Assembly: GCA_963976765.1 (NCBI GenBank)
Contig: CAXBME010000021.1
Location: forward strand, 62,001 to 126,000
Direction: 5' to 3'
DNA: 64,000 nt
From: an uncultured Planctomycetaceae bacterium
GTDB lineage: Bacteria > Planctomycetota > Planctomycetia > Planctomycetales > Planctomycetaceae
The notes below the pieces were generated by a model that saw only the letters and a program-made list of their open reading frames with translations, had not been told where the DNA came from and ran no database searches. Numbering within the stretch: the stretch's first letter is position 1; every line of letters starts with the position of its first letter. Shown here piece by piece: positions 1-9,543 of the stretch. Made by a program: the position numbers and the translations under genes.

Positions 1-1640
1 TTCGTTGAGGAAACGATCAGGTCGACGAGGCTTCGACCGACATCCGTATTTGACAGTTCGATCGCTCCGGATCGAATGCTGCCCGAACCGGTCTGCCCCG
101 GGATCGTGATTTGAGCCGGTCCGGAACTGACCCCTTCGAACAACGTCCCGCCGCCGTTCTCGACAAGACCGAGTGGGTTGGCAAACCGGGCGAGAACGAT
201 CTGCCCCAAGGGCCTGATCACACCGTTCGTAAAGACACCACTGACGATTCCCGAATCGTTGATGTTAAAACTTGTCAATGAGCCAGCCGGGGCACCATCC
301 TGCGAAAGCATCGACAAAGATCCCGAACTTCCAATTTCTGTGAGTCCCGTTATTCGTGTCAGGTCCACATCAATGCTCAATGTCTTAGCGGCAGTCAGAT
401 CCCGATCGATGGACAACGTCACCGTTGAATTGCCAGTAATTTCACCAGCCTCGTTGAGCGTGAACGTGCCACTTGACAGGCTGGAGTTCAAATCACTGTC
501 CTGGCTGCTTTCAAAGTAGTAGCGGTAGGTTGTTGCCGTCGGAGACTTTGATTCAAGAATGGAATGCATCCGGACAAGCACCTGCTCACCCAGTGAATCA
601 AACACGGGAAATGTCACGACAGCGCTTTCACCAATTCCATCACGTACCGAGGTGAAGTCGAGATCTACAGCCTTGACACTGGAAAGCCCTGCACCGTTTT
701 GCGACTGCCTGAATCGCGACGGAGTGATTTCAACAGCCTGAGAGGTGCCGGCATTACCCACGATTTCCAAGCGACCGTCAGCTGTGACGTTCACGCCCGC
801 TGGCCCGAACGAGTCGCCAGCAACACTTGCCGAAGGATCCAGGCTGAATGCGTCATTCAGAAACTGGGCAAAATCGGCAATGGTACTCGTCGAGGTGACT
901 GCGAAATCGACCGGCTCGTAGTCTGCTCCACCTTTTCGAGGCGTGAAAGTGATTGTCTCACCGTCAATAAACTCGGGCGTGCCGCCGATCGATGTGCGAA
1001 CGTCTGTTAGCAATGTCGTTGTCGTAATGGGACTTCCAGCACCGTCGAACAGTGGCGCGGATTGGATTACTTCTGATTCGGTCGCGGCCACCGTTGCTTC
1101 GTCGGTCCGAATTGAACCTTCAATTACAACATTTCGAGTTTCCTGGGCGACGTTCAATTTGCCCAGCGGGATCTCGATATTGACAAGCTGCGTCGTCAGG
1201 ACATTGAACTGGTCATCGACGCCGTACCCTTTGACTCGTAGCCCATCTGCATTGATCAGTTCACTCTTATTGTTGAGTGTAAAGTTCCCGTTTCTGGAAT
1301 AAATCTGCCCATCAGAGCCGCTCAGAACAAAGAACCCTTCACCTTCGATGGCCAAATCCGATGAACTCGTGCTTGTGGTGATGGCTCCCTGAGAGAAGTC
1401 ACGGCGAATGGCGGCAGTGGTCGATCCAAGTCCTACCTGTCGAGGATTTGTCCCGCCATTCTGTCCTTGCGGTGCCGATCCGACCGTCAGCGTCCTGGAG
1501 AGCTGGGTTGTGAACTGAACAGCAGATGCTTTGAAGCCGTTCGTGGCTGCGTTGGCGATGTTGTTGCCGATGACTTCGATCGCCGTTTCGTTCAGCGTCA
1601 AACCATTCAGCGACGTATTGAGAGCCGTTGTCAGACCCAT
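1..1640 (-). CDS. flgE: Flagellar hook protein FlgE (C-terminus cut by window edge)
   Basis: Absent from the ORF track because no stop lies in the window. Manual translation from ATG at 1640: MGLTTALNTSLNGLTLNETAIEVIGNNIANAATNGFKAS...FSQGAITTSTSSSDLAIEGEGFF...YSRNGNF; near the edge GAIELSNTDVGRSLVDLIVSST. These match the rod/hook N- and C-terminal motifs. RBS GGAGGGGG upstream. Confidence 0.93.
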   Translation of the reverse strand, partial: MGLTTALNTSLNGLTLNETAIEVIGNNIANAATNGFKASAVQFTTQLSRTLTVGSAPQGQNGGTNPRQVGLGSTTAAIRRDFSQGAITTSTSSSDLAIEGEGFFVLSGSDGQIYSRNGNFTLNNKSELINADGLRVKGYGVDDQFNVLTTQLVNIEIPLGKLNVAQETRNVVIEGSIRTDEATVAATESEVIQSAPLFDGAGSPITTTTLLTDVRTSIGGTPEFIDGETITFTPRKGGADYEPVDFAVTSTSTIADFAQFLNDAFSLDPSASVAGDSFGPAGVNVTADGRLEIVGNAGTSQAVEITPSRFRQSQNGAGLSSVKAVDLDFTSVRDGIGESAVVTFPVFDSLGEQVLVRMHSILESKSPTATTYRYYFESSQDSDLNSSLSSGTFTLNEAGEITGNSTVTLSIDRDLTAAKTLSIDVDLTRITGLTEIGSSGSLSMLSQDGAPAGSLTSFNINDSGIVSGVFTNGVIRPLGQIVLARFANPLGLVENGGGTLFEGVSSGPAQITIPGQTGSGSIRSGAIELSNTDVGRSLVDLIVSST

Positions 1641-1773
1641 GAGATCCCCCTCCGTTGGTCAGAACGCGGCATCCAATTGCCGCAGATAGCGCGTGACGCA
1701 GATCTCTGATTGCAGAGTTCCGTCGCTTCAGGCACGGCAGATAAACCGCACACAGATCTCAGCGCTGTGGTTT

Positions 1774-1800
1774 GTATCGACCATGACGATGCGCTGCTGA
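1774..1800 (-). promoter_or_regulatory. Putative sigma-28 (FliA)-type promoter for flgE
   Basis: Minus strand TCAG-N15-GTCGATAC versus consensus TAAA-N15-GCCGATAA. Spacer is exactly 15 nt, about 135 nt upstream of the flgE ATG. Confidence 0.55.
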
Positions 1801-1975
1801 AACACATGTCTGTATGGGAGGGATAGACCCGACGAAGCCGAGGCTGACACCTTTGGTGGATTCAGATTCGCCATTCACGCACGAAAGCACCCCAGAATGG
1901 TCAACTCTCTTGCAATCAGTCCACAAAAGCGGCGGCCACAATGTCACTCGCTCTGGTTACGTGCTTTTAAGTGTC

Positions 1976-3733
1976 TCACTTCTCGCTGCGAGCGGTATCT
2001 CGCCGCTGACGTCGATATCGAGAAAAGTTCACCGGAACCATGATGTTGCTTGCGGCGGCTGGCCTCTGCGAAGTGCGCACTTTCAGCGACGTTGGTTGAA
2101 CCTGATTCTCGACTTCGCTGGTCAGGTCCGACACAAACCGATCGGACGCTTCATGGATAATGACGATCCGGCTCGGACCGTCGGGCTGATTGCGGTCTCT
2201 GATGACACACACAACTTCCGCTCCGCGAGCCGCTTCCAGATCGTCCCGCAGCAGCTCCGCGTTCGGGCTGACGAATGGCCGTCGAGACGGTGCCGAATCC
2301 CGACTTTCGAACTGCCCTCCCTGCCCTGCTGCCTCGCTCTGCGACAGTCCGCTGACCACAGCGAGCACTCCCGCAAACGCGTCGGGAGTTGCCACGCCCT
2401 GATCCTGGCTTCCGGGTAATAAATCGAGCGGCATGTCATCACTCATCGCTGACGATTCCTCAACCGGCAGGTCCGCTGCAAAGGCTGGCTCAGCAAACGG
2501 CGGCAGCTCCTCCTGATTCGTTGCCACCTGAGCGACAGCTTCCGCTTCGTCACCGGCTTCCTGCTCGACGTTTGCTGGCTGAGCAGCAAACAGTGGCTCA
2601 GCAACTTCGGCAGCGTTGCGGTAAATCGACGAAAGTCCGCAACGATCAAGCAACGCGTGAATCGTTTCCAGGCTGGTGTAAAGTCCTCGCCGAGCGGCAG
2701 GATCAGCCAGCACGCATACTCCGGAAACTTCGCCCTTCACCGTGAAGAGTCCGCCGCCAGACCGCCCTTGAATCGGCGTACCGGTACACTCAACATAGCC
2801 CGCCGGAAATTTCGTCGTCGACGTCACGCGATGCTGAAGCTTCGACGGTGGCTCGCCACCACCGCATCCCACACTGAAGACAAGCTGTCCGGAATCCAGC
2901 GGCAACTTTGCAACTCGTGCCGCCGCCAGATTGTCGAGCGTCGAAATCGATATCAGTCCGACGTCGGCCTTCAAGTCAAACTTGACCAGCTCGCCGTCAT
3001 ACATCTTTGGTCGGTCACCCTGGAAGACGTCGACCTCGATCAGACCTGTGTCGTCGAAATGTCGAAAGATGTGTCCGCAGGTGAGAATCAGCGTCCTGCC
3101 CGGCTCGCTGTGGATGATCGTCCCCGAGCCGATGTCCATACCGCTGGAATCTTTGACCCGAATCCGCGTGCAAACCTGCATGGGATCGCGAGTGAACTCC
3201 GGAGCTGTCGTGTCGCCAATATTAGCTCGCACGACGTCTGCCTGAGTTGGCCGTGGCTGACCATTTGCCACACTTGACTCGTCTGCCGCGCGACCAGTCA
3301 GTGCGGCTCCGAGTTTGTCGATCAGCCCTTCGCGTTTCGCAGTCGGGCTCCCATTTGAATCAGCCACGTACAACGGATTCTTTGAAGCAGGCGCGGGCTC
3401 AGCAGCCCTTACCGGTTCATTCTTCTGCGGGATCATCGAAGCCATGCGCCGAAGCTGAGCTTCGCTGAGCACTCCTGTGTACCGCTGCTGTTCCTGCCCC
3501 TTCACGATCAGAACAAAGGTCGGCATGTGCGTTACATTGAACCGCCGAGCCAGTGCCGGCTCACGGTCAACGTCGACCGTGCGAATTGCATAGCCCTGCT
3601 TCTGCAGCCGATGAACGACGGGCATCATCTGCTGGCACGGGCCGCACCAGGATGCAGAAAAATCCAGCAGCACTCCGTCCGGAGTTCCTCCCACCGCCGC
3701 AAGTGCCACAACCAGACTGGTCAACCCTGACAT
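1976..3733 (-). CDS. Thioredoxin-domain / trypsin-like serine protease fusion, probably exported
   Basis: Hydrophobic N-terminus; WCGPC thioredoxin motif; trypsin triad motifs LTCGH, KADVGL and QGRSGGG; acidic low-complexity C-terminal linker. Confidence 0.85.
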   Translation of the reverse strand: MSGLTSLVVALAAVGGTPDGVLLDFSASWCGPCQQMMPVVHRLQKQGYAIRTVDVDREPALARRFNVTHMPTFVLIVKGQEQQRYTGVLSEAQLRRMASMIPQKNEPVRAAEPAPASKNPLYVADSNGSPTAKREGLIDKLGAALTGRAADESSVANGQPRPTQADVVRANIGDTTAPEFTRDPMQVCTRIRVKDSSGMDIGSGTIIHSEPGRTLILTCGHIFRHFDDTGLIEVDVFQGDRPKMYDGELVKFDLKADVGLISISTLDNLAAARVAKLPLDSGQLVFSVGCGGGEPPSKLQHRVTSTTKFPAGYVECTGTPIQGRSGGGLFTVKGEVSGVCVLADPAARRGLYTSLETIHALLDRCGLSSIYRNAAEVAEPLFAAQPANVEQEAGDEAEAVAQVATNQEELPPFAEPAFAADLPVEESSAMSDDMPLDLLPGSQDQGVATPDAFAGVLAVVSGLSQSEAAGQGGQFESRDSAPSRRPFVSPNAELLRDDLEAARGAEVVCVIRDRNQPDGPSRIVIIHEASDRFVSDLTSEVENQVQPTSLKVRTSQRPAAASNIMVPVNFSRYRRQRRDTARSEK

Positions 3734-4017
3734 ACACCGTCTCCGTCCCTGGAGTTTTTGTAAGTCTTACAACGACGTTGGGCGCATTCTGCAAAACGTC
3801 CAACAGAACCGGTTTGAAAACCAGCCTTCTGGAACAATCCAACGTCGCTGCCCGACTCAATGCACAAACCGGACCAATTCAGTAGGCTGGAACGAGCGTC
3901 GCGCTGTCCCGGCAATTTCTGGAGCTATCTGCCACCTGCCTTCTGCAGGAACAGAGCGGCGCTCGTTCCAACCTACGATTCGACCTCAAATCTGCATTTA
4001 ACTCACCGCTCGACGAT

Positions 4018-5091
4018 ATGACCAATCCCTCTACACTGACAGAATGTCAACCCGCTCCGCTTCAAACTCGACCGCCAGCAGTCGACGGGGCAGTCGTTCT
4101 GAAACCACTGCGTATCGGCAGTTGCGAAATCGAATCTCCGATCGTTCAGGCGGCACTGAGCGGATACAGCGACTGGCCGATGCGAGTTGTCGCTCGGCGA
4201 CTGGGTGCTCCGTACACGATCGCCGAGGTGCTGATCGATCGGTTCGTGCTGGAGCTGAAACAGCGGCACAAAACGCGGCGGCATCTGATGGTTTCTGACG
4301 AGGAACATCCCGTCGGCGGTCAGCTGATGGGTTCCGATCCGCAGCAGTTTCCCGCTGCAGCGCAACGGCTGGTCGAGGCTGGTTTCGACGTGATCGATGT
4401 CAACTTTGGCTGCCCCGTGAACACGGCTATGGGCGGGTGCCGAGGCGGTTATCACCTGTCACAACCCGAGACTGCACTCGAAATCGTTGGACGCGTTCGC
4501 GACGCCGTCCCTGAGCACTTGCCAGTGACAGTCAAGATGCGACGGGGAATCGATGACTCGACAGAAAGCCGCGACAACTTCTTCCGAATTCTCGACGGAG
4601 CGTTCGAGCTGGGTGTGGCGGCAATCACTGTCCACGGGCGAACGGTCGAGCAGAAATACATCGGCGCCAGCAGTTGGGACTTCCTGCGCGACGTCAAAGA
4701 ACATGCTGGCGGGAAAACGATCATCGGCAGCGGCGACGTGTTCACCGCTCAGTCCTGCCTGGACATGATGAAGTACACCGGCGTTGATGGCGTGTCAGTG
4801 GCCCGGGGAGCGATTGGCAACCCCTGGATTTTCCAGCAGACACGCGATCTTGCAGAAGAGCGACCGGCGGCCTCACCCGACATCGCAGAACAGCGCCGCG
4901 TGCTGGAGATGCAGCGTTCGCTTTGTGGTGAAGTTTACGACGACCGCAAAGTTTTGAGCACCATGCGGAAATTCGGAATCAAATTCGCGCCGCTGCATCC
5001 GCAGCATAAAGAAGTCCGAAACGCATTCGCGGCGAGCAGGACACTGACAGCCTGGCACGCCGTCCTCGACAACTTTTACGAGGTCGAATAA
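4018..5091 (+). CDS. dusB: tRNA-dihydrouridine synthase (DusB-like)
   Basis: Motifs GGQLMGSDP, IDVNFGCP, VTVKMRRG, ITVHGRT, GSGDV, DGVSVARGAIGNPWIF. Confidence 0.9.
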   Translation: MTNPSTLTECQPAPLQTRPPAVDGAVVLKPLRIGSCEIESPIVQAALSGYSDWPMRVVARRLGAPYTIAEVLIDRFVLELKQRHKTRRHLMVSDEEHPVGGQLMGSDPQQFPAAAQRLVEAGFDVIDVNFGCPVNTAMGGCRGGYHLSQPETALEIVGRVRDAVPEHLPVTVKMRRGIDDSTESRDNFFRILDGAFELGVAAITVHGRTVEQKYIGASSWDFLRDVKEHAGGKTIIGSGDVFTAQSCLDMMKYTGVDGVSVARGAIGNPWIFQQTRDLAEERPAASPDIAEQRRVLEMQRSLCGEVYDDRKVLSTMRKFGIKFAPLHPQHKEVRNAFAASRTLTAWHAVLDNFYEVE

Positions 5092-5095
5092 TGGC

Positions 5096-6163
5096 TCAGT
5101 CGCGACTTTGCGCTCGCGCGGGCACGGACTGCGAAGTCGGCGTGACTTGATAAGGAGCGATCAGCTCTTCGAGTCCGGCCTGTTCGACTCGTCGATCCGG
5201 ATTTGATTCCCTGCGATTCTGAGCGGCGACGAAGACTCGAGCCGACACTTTCATCAGCTCAATCCGTTGCTCGCGATCAATGCCGTCGATCCGCTGAATC
5301 GTCTGCTCGACCCAACCAGGCTGCCGCTCCATCGCGACGTTCATGAATCGGACGAACAGACTCAACTCCCGGAAGTTTCGATCGGCAATCAGGTGACTGA
5401 CCGGCGCGATGACACGAGCCACCGTGTCGACGGTGTTCGACGGAAACATCACGAACAGATCAAGCCCGTGTACAACCTTCGGCTGCAGGTCTTCGCCCTG
5501 CACATACTGCGTTTGAAGATGCATCACCGCCGTGGCTTCGATCGGACGAGCGAGCAACGGACTCTTGTACTTCCCCGTGCAAAGCAGCAGGTGTCGGTTC
5601 GGCGATCGACTGAGTACATCGATCGTTCCCGTCGAACCATCGCCCGCATCGCCGTACCACTCGGTCGGCCCGGTCTGCTGCATCGTGAATTTTGAAATCC
5701 CTAACACTCGCCAGATGCCGACAACCGACTCCGGGTTATGCGTGAGATGGTTGTAAACTTCAGGATCGGCATCGATCGAAATCGCCGGAAGACGTCGGAA
5801 CATACTGCGATTTTCGAGAACTTCGTTGACACGGCGTCGCTGTTCCCCGGTTAACTCGTCAAGCGGAAGCCGCTCCAGCGCGTCGTGAAGCGTGCTGCGA
5901 GACGACGACCCGCGAGCCAGAATTTCAACATTAACTGGCGGCTCAGACGAATTATCCGAACGCTCGCCTGATGTCTCACCCGAAAGCCGCTGCGGCTCTG
6001 CAGCGTCGAGCACTGCCAGACTCAAATTCAACGAAAGAGCAGCCGCCAGAATGACCAGCGCGCACCGCGAGAGTCCGCGCAGAACGACACTGCGGATAAC
6101 TCGAACGCACCTCATTCCGGGCATTCCAACTCCTTCGTCACTTCGCGCAACCCGACCAGCCAT
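5096..6163 (-). CDS. Hypothetical exported protein (start uncertain)
   Basis: 355-aa ORF with a signal-like segment (CALVILAAALSLNLSLAVLDA) followed by a globular-looking domain. Converges on dusB with a 4-bp gap. Confidence 0.7.
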   Translation of the reverse strand: MAGRVARSDEGVGMPGMRCVRVIRSVVLRGLSRCALVILAAALSLNLSLAVLDAAEPQRLSGETSGERSDNSSEPPVNVEILARGSSSRSTLHDALERLPLDELTGEQRRRVNEVLENRSMFRRLPAISIDADPEVYNHLTHNPESVVGIWRVLGISKFTMQQTGPTEWYGDAGDGSTGTIDVLSRSPNRHLLLCTGKYKSPLLARPIEATAVMHLQTQYVQGEDLQPKVVHGLDLFVMFPSNTVDTVARVIAPVSHLIADRNFRELSLFVRFMNVAMERQPGWVEQTIQRIDGIDREQRIELMKVSARVFVAAQNRRESNPDRRVEQAGLEELIAPYQVTPTSQSVPARAQSRD

Positions 6164-6387
6164 CGCTCGCCACCAGCGATATCCAAGTGCGGCTCTGCTG
6201 TCACCGGTGGCTCAATAAGTCCACACAATCGCTATCATCGGCACTCACGACAGCGCGTCATCAGACGAATATCTGACGCGACCGCAAACCAGCCGTAAGT
6301 CGTTGTTCCAAAAGGCGTTCAGCAAACAACCAATACGGCTTCGCAGGCTGATCCTGACGTTATCCACCACTCGCCTTCCGACCGGGA

Positions 6388-7953
6388 TTACTCGACCCGA
6401 CGAGGCGGCTGACGACTCGGAGCGGCTGAGCTTCCGGATGCAGGCGCAGAACTTCCAGCTGGCGCAGTTACCGCCGATGATCCGAGCGGGGCTGAGCCTG
6501 CCGGCGTTGAAGCTTCAGGAGCGGAAGTCCCGAACAGCGACGTGAAGACGAGGTACCCGATGATCAAGACGGCGACAAACCCGCCTCCCATTATCATCAT
6601 TTGCTGGCGATTTTCCGCAGCACGACGGTTCCGGACGTTGCGAGCGAGCATGACTTCGCGCGGCGAAGGAATCGAACTCGACGTTTCTGCGGCATCTGCA
6701 ATCGTGTCTGATCCAGATGCCACCGCCGACTTCTTCACCATTGACGTGGAACTCTTCGCCCCCGACTTGCGAGTTTTCTTTTCAGCCGTTTTCAACTTCG
6801 CGGGAGCCGATGCTTTTGCTCCAGGTGTCTTTGCCTTGCGTGCCGGCAGGTCGGTCGTTTCCGGGATCGCCCCCCCCTTCGACAGATTGTAGACATCACT
6901 GCCGCCCTTATTTTTACGTTTGGATCTGGTGATTCCAGTCGACTCCTTTCGTGCCCGATCACGAATCTCTTCGTCGGCCGCCGTGTCTTCTTCGGCCAGT
7001 CCAGCCAGGATGTCGAGACTGAGCAACTTCTCACCACCGTCCCCTGCGGCGGCATTTTTCGAGTCGACTGCCCCAGAGAAACCGTTCTCCAGATCGTGGA
7101 TCAGCTCAGTCGGAGTCTGGTAGCGCCGATCCGGCTTCTTCTCAAGCATCTTGTGCATGATCTGAACGACAAATTCCGGAACATTCGGTCGAACGTCTCG
7201 AGGGTCCGGCGGAGTCGTGGTCGCGTGAGCGGTGATCTTATTCAGCAGGTCGCCGTCGGGGAAAAGCGGCCTTCCGACAAGCATGTGGTACCAGGTCGCC
7301 CCAAGAGAATACATGTCACTGCGACAGTCTGCCGACTTGCTGTCGCGAGCCTGCTCGGGAGACATGTAATCAACTGTGCCGACCGTCGTGCCAGCCCGCG
7401 TGATTCCAGCTTCTTCCGTTTCAGCAATAGAACGAGCCAGCCCCATATCCGCCAGTTTGACGTTCCCGTCCCGGTCGATCAGCAAATTGGCCGGCTTGAT
7501 GTCGCGGTGAACAATGGTCTGATCATGTGCGTGTTCTAACGCTCGAGCCACCTGCTTGATGATGTCGAGCGACCGTTTTACCGACAGTCCCCCTTTACGC
7601 ATCACCAGATCCTGGACGTCGATCCCGTCGACGTACTCCATTGCGATGTAAAGAAAGCCGTCGAGTTCACCACTGTCGTAAACGCAGACGATGTTCTTGT
7701 GGCGGAGCTGAGCGGCTGCTTGAGCTTCGGCCTGGAACCGCTTGACCAGAATTACGTTATGCGCTTTCTCGCGAGGCAGAATCTTCAGCGCAACCGTCCG
7801 CTTCAGGTTCGAATCAACCGCCCGGTAAACGGCTCCCATTCCGCCTTCGCCGAGTTTCTTCTCAATGACATACCGACCAAACGTCCGCAGATCCGCCGGT
7901 GCGTGTCCGGACAGATCTTCGCCTGAAGATTGGTTCTTCTCCTCAGATGTCAT
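6388..7953 (-). CDS. Membrane-anchored Hanks-type Ser/Thr protein kinase
   Basis: Motifs LGEGGMGAVY, VALK, HRDIKPAN, DMG, GTVDYMSPEQ; Lys-rich linker; one TM helix near the C-terminus. Start taken at MTSEE (7953); the ORF extends to 8004. Confidence 0.92.
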   Translation of the reverse strand: MTSEEKNQSSGEDLSGHAPADLRTFGRYVIEKKLGEGGMGAVYRAVDSNLKRTVALKILPREKAHNVILVKRFQAEAQAAAQLRHKNIVCVYDSGELDGFLYIAMEYVDGIDVQDLVMRKGGLSVKRSLDIIKQVARALEHAHDQTIVHRDIKPANLLIDRDGNVKLADMGLARSIAETEEAGITRAGTTVGTVDYMSPEQARDSKSADCRSDMYSLGATWYHMLVGRPLFPDGDLLNKITAHATTTPPDPRDVRPNVPEFVVQIMHKMLEKKPDRRYQTPTELIHDLENGFSGAVDSKNAAAGDGGEKLLSLDILAGLAEEDTAADEEIRDRARKESTGITRSKRKNKGGSDVYNLSKGGAIPETTDLPARKAKTPGAKASAPAKLKTAEKKTRKSGAKSSTSMVKKSAVASGSDTIADAAETSSSIPSPREVMLARNVRNRRAAENRQQMMIMGGGFVAVLIIGYLVFTSLFGTSAPEASTPAGSAPLGSSAVTAPAGSSAPASGSSAAPSRQPPRRVE

Positions 7954-8820
7954 TTTCAAACTCGAACGACGACTAGCGGCTGCCACGGCCATGCTGAATA
8001 CCACGCGACAATAAGGGACTCCAATTGCGAACAGAAGAAGTTCGTTGGACGTGTCGCGAAGCCATTCAGTTCCCGCGACTCAACGCCGGATTTCAGGAAC
8101 AAACGGCGTATCATACCGGCGGCAACTGCCGGAGGTCAAAACGCTGCGAGTTTTGTACAGCGACCGTCGAATCGAAGCAGATCGGGAGTACTCACCGGCT
8201 GACGAAAAAGTTGACGAAAAAACCGGGCAAGGAGATTAAGGGAAGGCTGCCGGCGTTCCACTCCTCACCCGGTCCCGCATCAAGACGAAGCTCTGCTGGA
8301 CGATTAAATGCGACTCCCGATTGAAAGCCGCCTTGTCTGCCCTGCATCGCCGTCGCTGTTCCGTTGAACCGTTTCTAACTTGTACTACCGCTGGGCTGTT
8401 TCACCTTCCGAAAGATTTCTGTCAGTCGTGATCTTACGACGTCACTCTTTTCGCCCCGCCAGTGCGTCCAGCGGAAGTCAACGACAACCTGGCCCGGTGG
8501 ATCATTACGTTGTTAGATTCGACGTCAGTCTGCCGATGAGCGAAACGAACTCAAATTGACGAACCTGTTACTGACACGTCGTGCCACTCCGTAAGTCGCA
8601 CGGCCAAGCGAATTCATGTAACTGTTTTCCAAAGATTTCTTCGACGTCTCAGAACGCAACTTCCTGGAAGATTCCCAGCAGAATCTGATCGACTCGGCAG
8701 TTCGTCTATCCGCTAATCGACGACCTTCTCGATTCCTCAGTTTGTCTACGAAATTTGTGACCGGTCGCAGAATCACAGACTCAGGCATTTGCGGTCCCGT
8801 CCGAAATGCGGCCATCGGGA

Positions 8821-9213
8821 TTAACCGTCGAGCTCCTTCTCTTTATCGTGGATGAGCTTACGGAGTTCCGCCAGCTCTTCTCGAGAAACAGGTCGCCCAT
8901 CCAGCAGGTGACAGACAACGTCCGTGACGCTGCCGGAAAACAACCTTGCAGCAAGATCCGAGATCATGGTGCGTTTGACCTGCCCCGGCCCGATCAACGG
9001 TCGATAAATGTTGACCCGACCGTCAGACCTGTGATCCACCTGGCCGTTGTTCTCCATCTTCGTAAGCATCGTCCCGACAGTTGTATAAGCCAACTGGCGG
9101 TCGGGCAGCAGAGCCTCGCGCACTTCCGCCACCGTCGCTTCGTCGCGGTCCCATAAGACCTGCATGATGGCCATTTGAAGCTCAGCGAGATGCTGCTTTC
9201 TGCCCATAATCAA
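8821..9213 (-). CDS. BlaI/MecI/CopY family transcriptional repressor
   Basis: Motifs LAELQMAIMQVLW, ATVAEV, LAYTTVGTMLTKMENNGQV, LFSGS, EELAELRKLI. Confidence 0.9.
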   Translation of the reverse strand: MIMGRKQHLAELQMAIMQVLWDRDEATVAEVREALLPDRQLAYTTVGTMLTKMENNGQVDHRSDGRVNIYRPLIGPGQVKRTMISDLAARLFSGSVTDVVCHLLDGRPVSREELAELRKLIHDKEKELDG

Positions 9214-9319
9214 CCTGCATCAGTGCTGGAAATGAAAGCTCAAGAATGAATCGGGACGTAATATTTCCCCCCGCTTCTACTGGCGCTCGTTACGTGATTC
9301 CATCCTGCCAGCCACTTGC

Positions 9320-9357
9320 TACTACCTCAGTGGGAGCCGAATCCTACCCGAGTAGGA
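9320..9357. promoter_or_regulatory. Tandem BlaI/CopY-type operator boxes
   Basis: TCCTAC-CCGA-GTAGGA (9342-9357, perfect 6-bp arms) and TACTAC-CTCA-GTGGGA (9320-9335, 12/16 identical), 22 bp apart. The TAC-N4-GTA core has the spacing of the TACA-NN-TGTA bla/cop box. Confidence 0.65.
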
Positions 9358-9543
9358 GCATTCGTCAAGAGCATCAGTAATGCTTAAGTTGGACACCCGG
9401 AAAATCTGCTCTTGGCCGAAATTCAAACATCGATCTATATTCCAAGGTTTCATTGCCGGAGCGGTCCAGGAGGAACAGCGCGCTGGCGGCGGCAGTTGCA
9501 TCATCTGCCGGATTTCAAGGCACACACGCAGGGAGGCGAGTGC

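Noticed and set aside
8525..8815. 96-aa ORF downstream of blaI as a BlaR1/M56 remnant
   Set aside because: No TM segments or HExxH motif; it begins across a hairpin, so it is probably non-coding.
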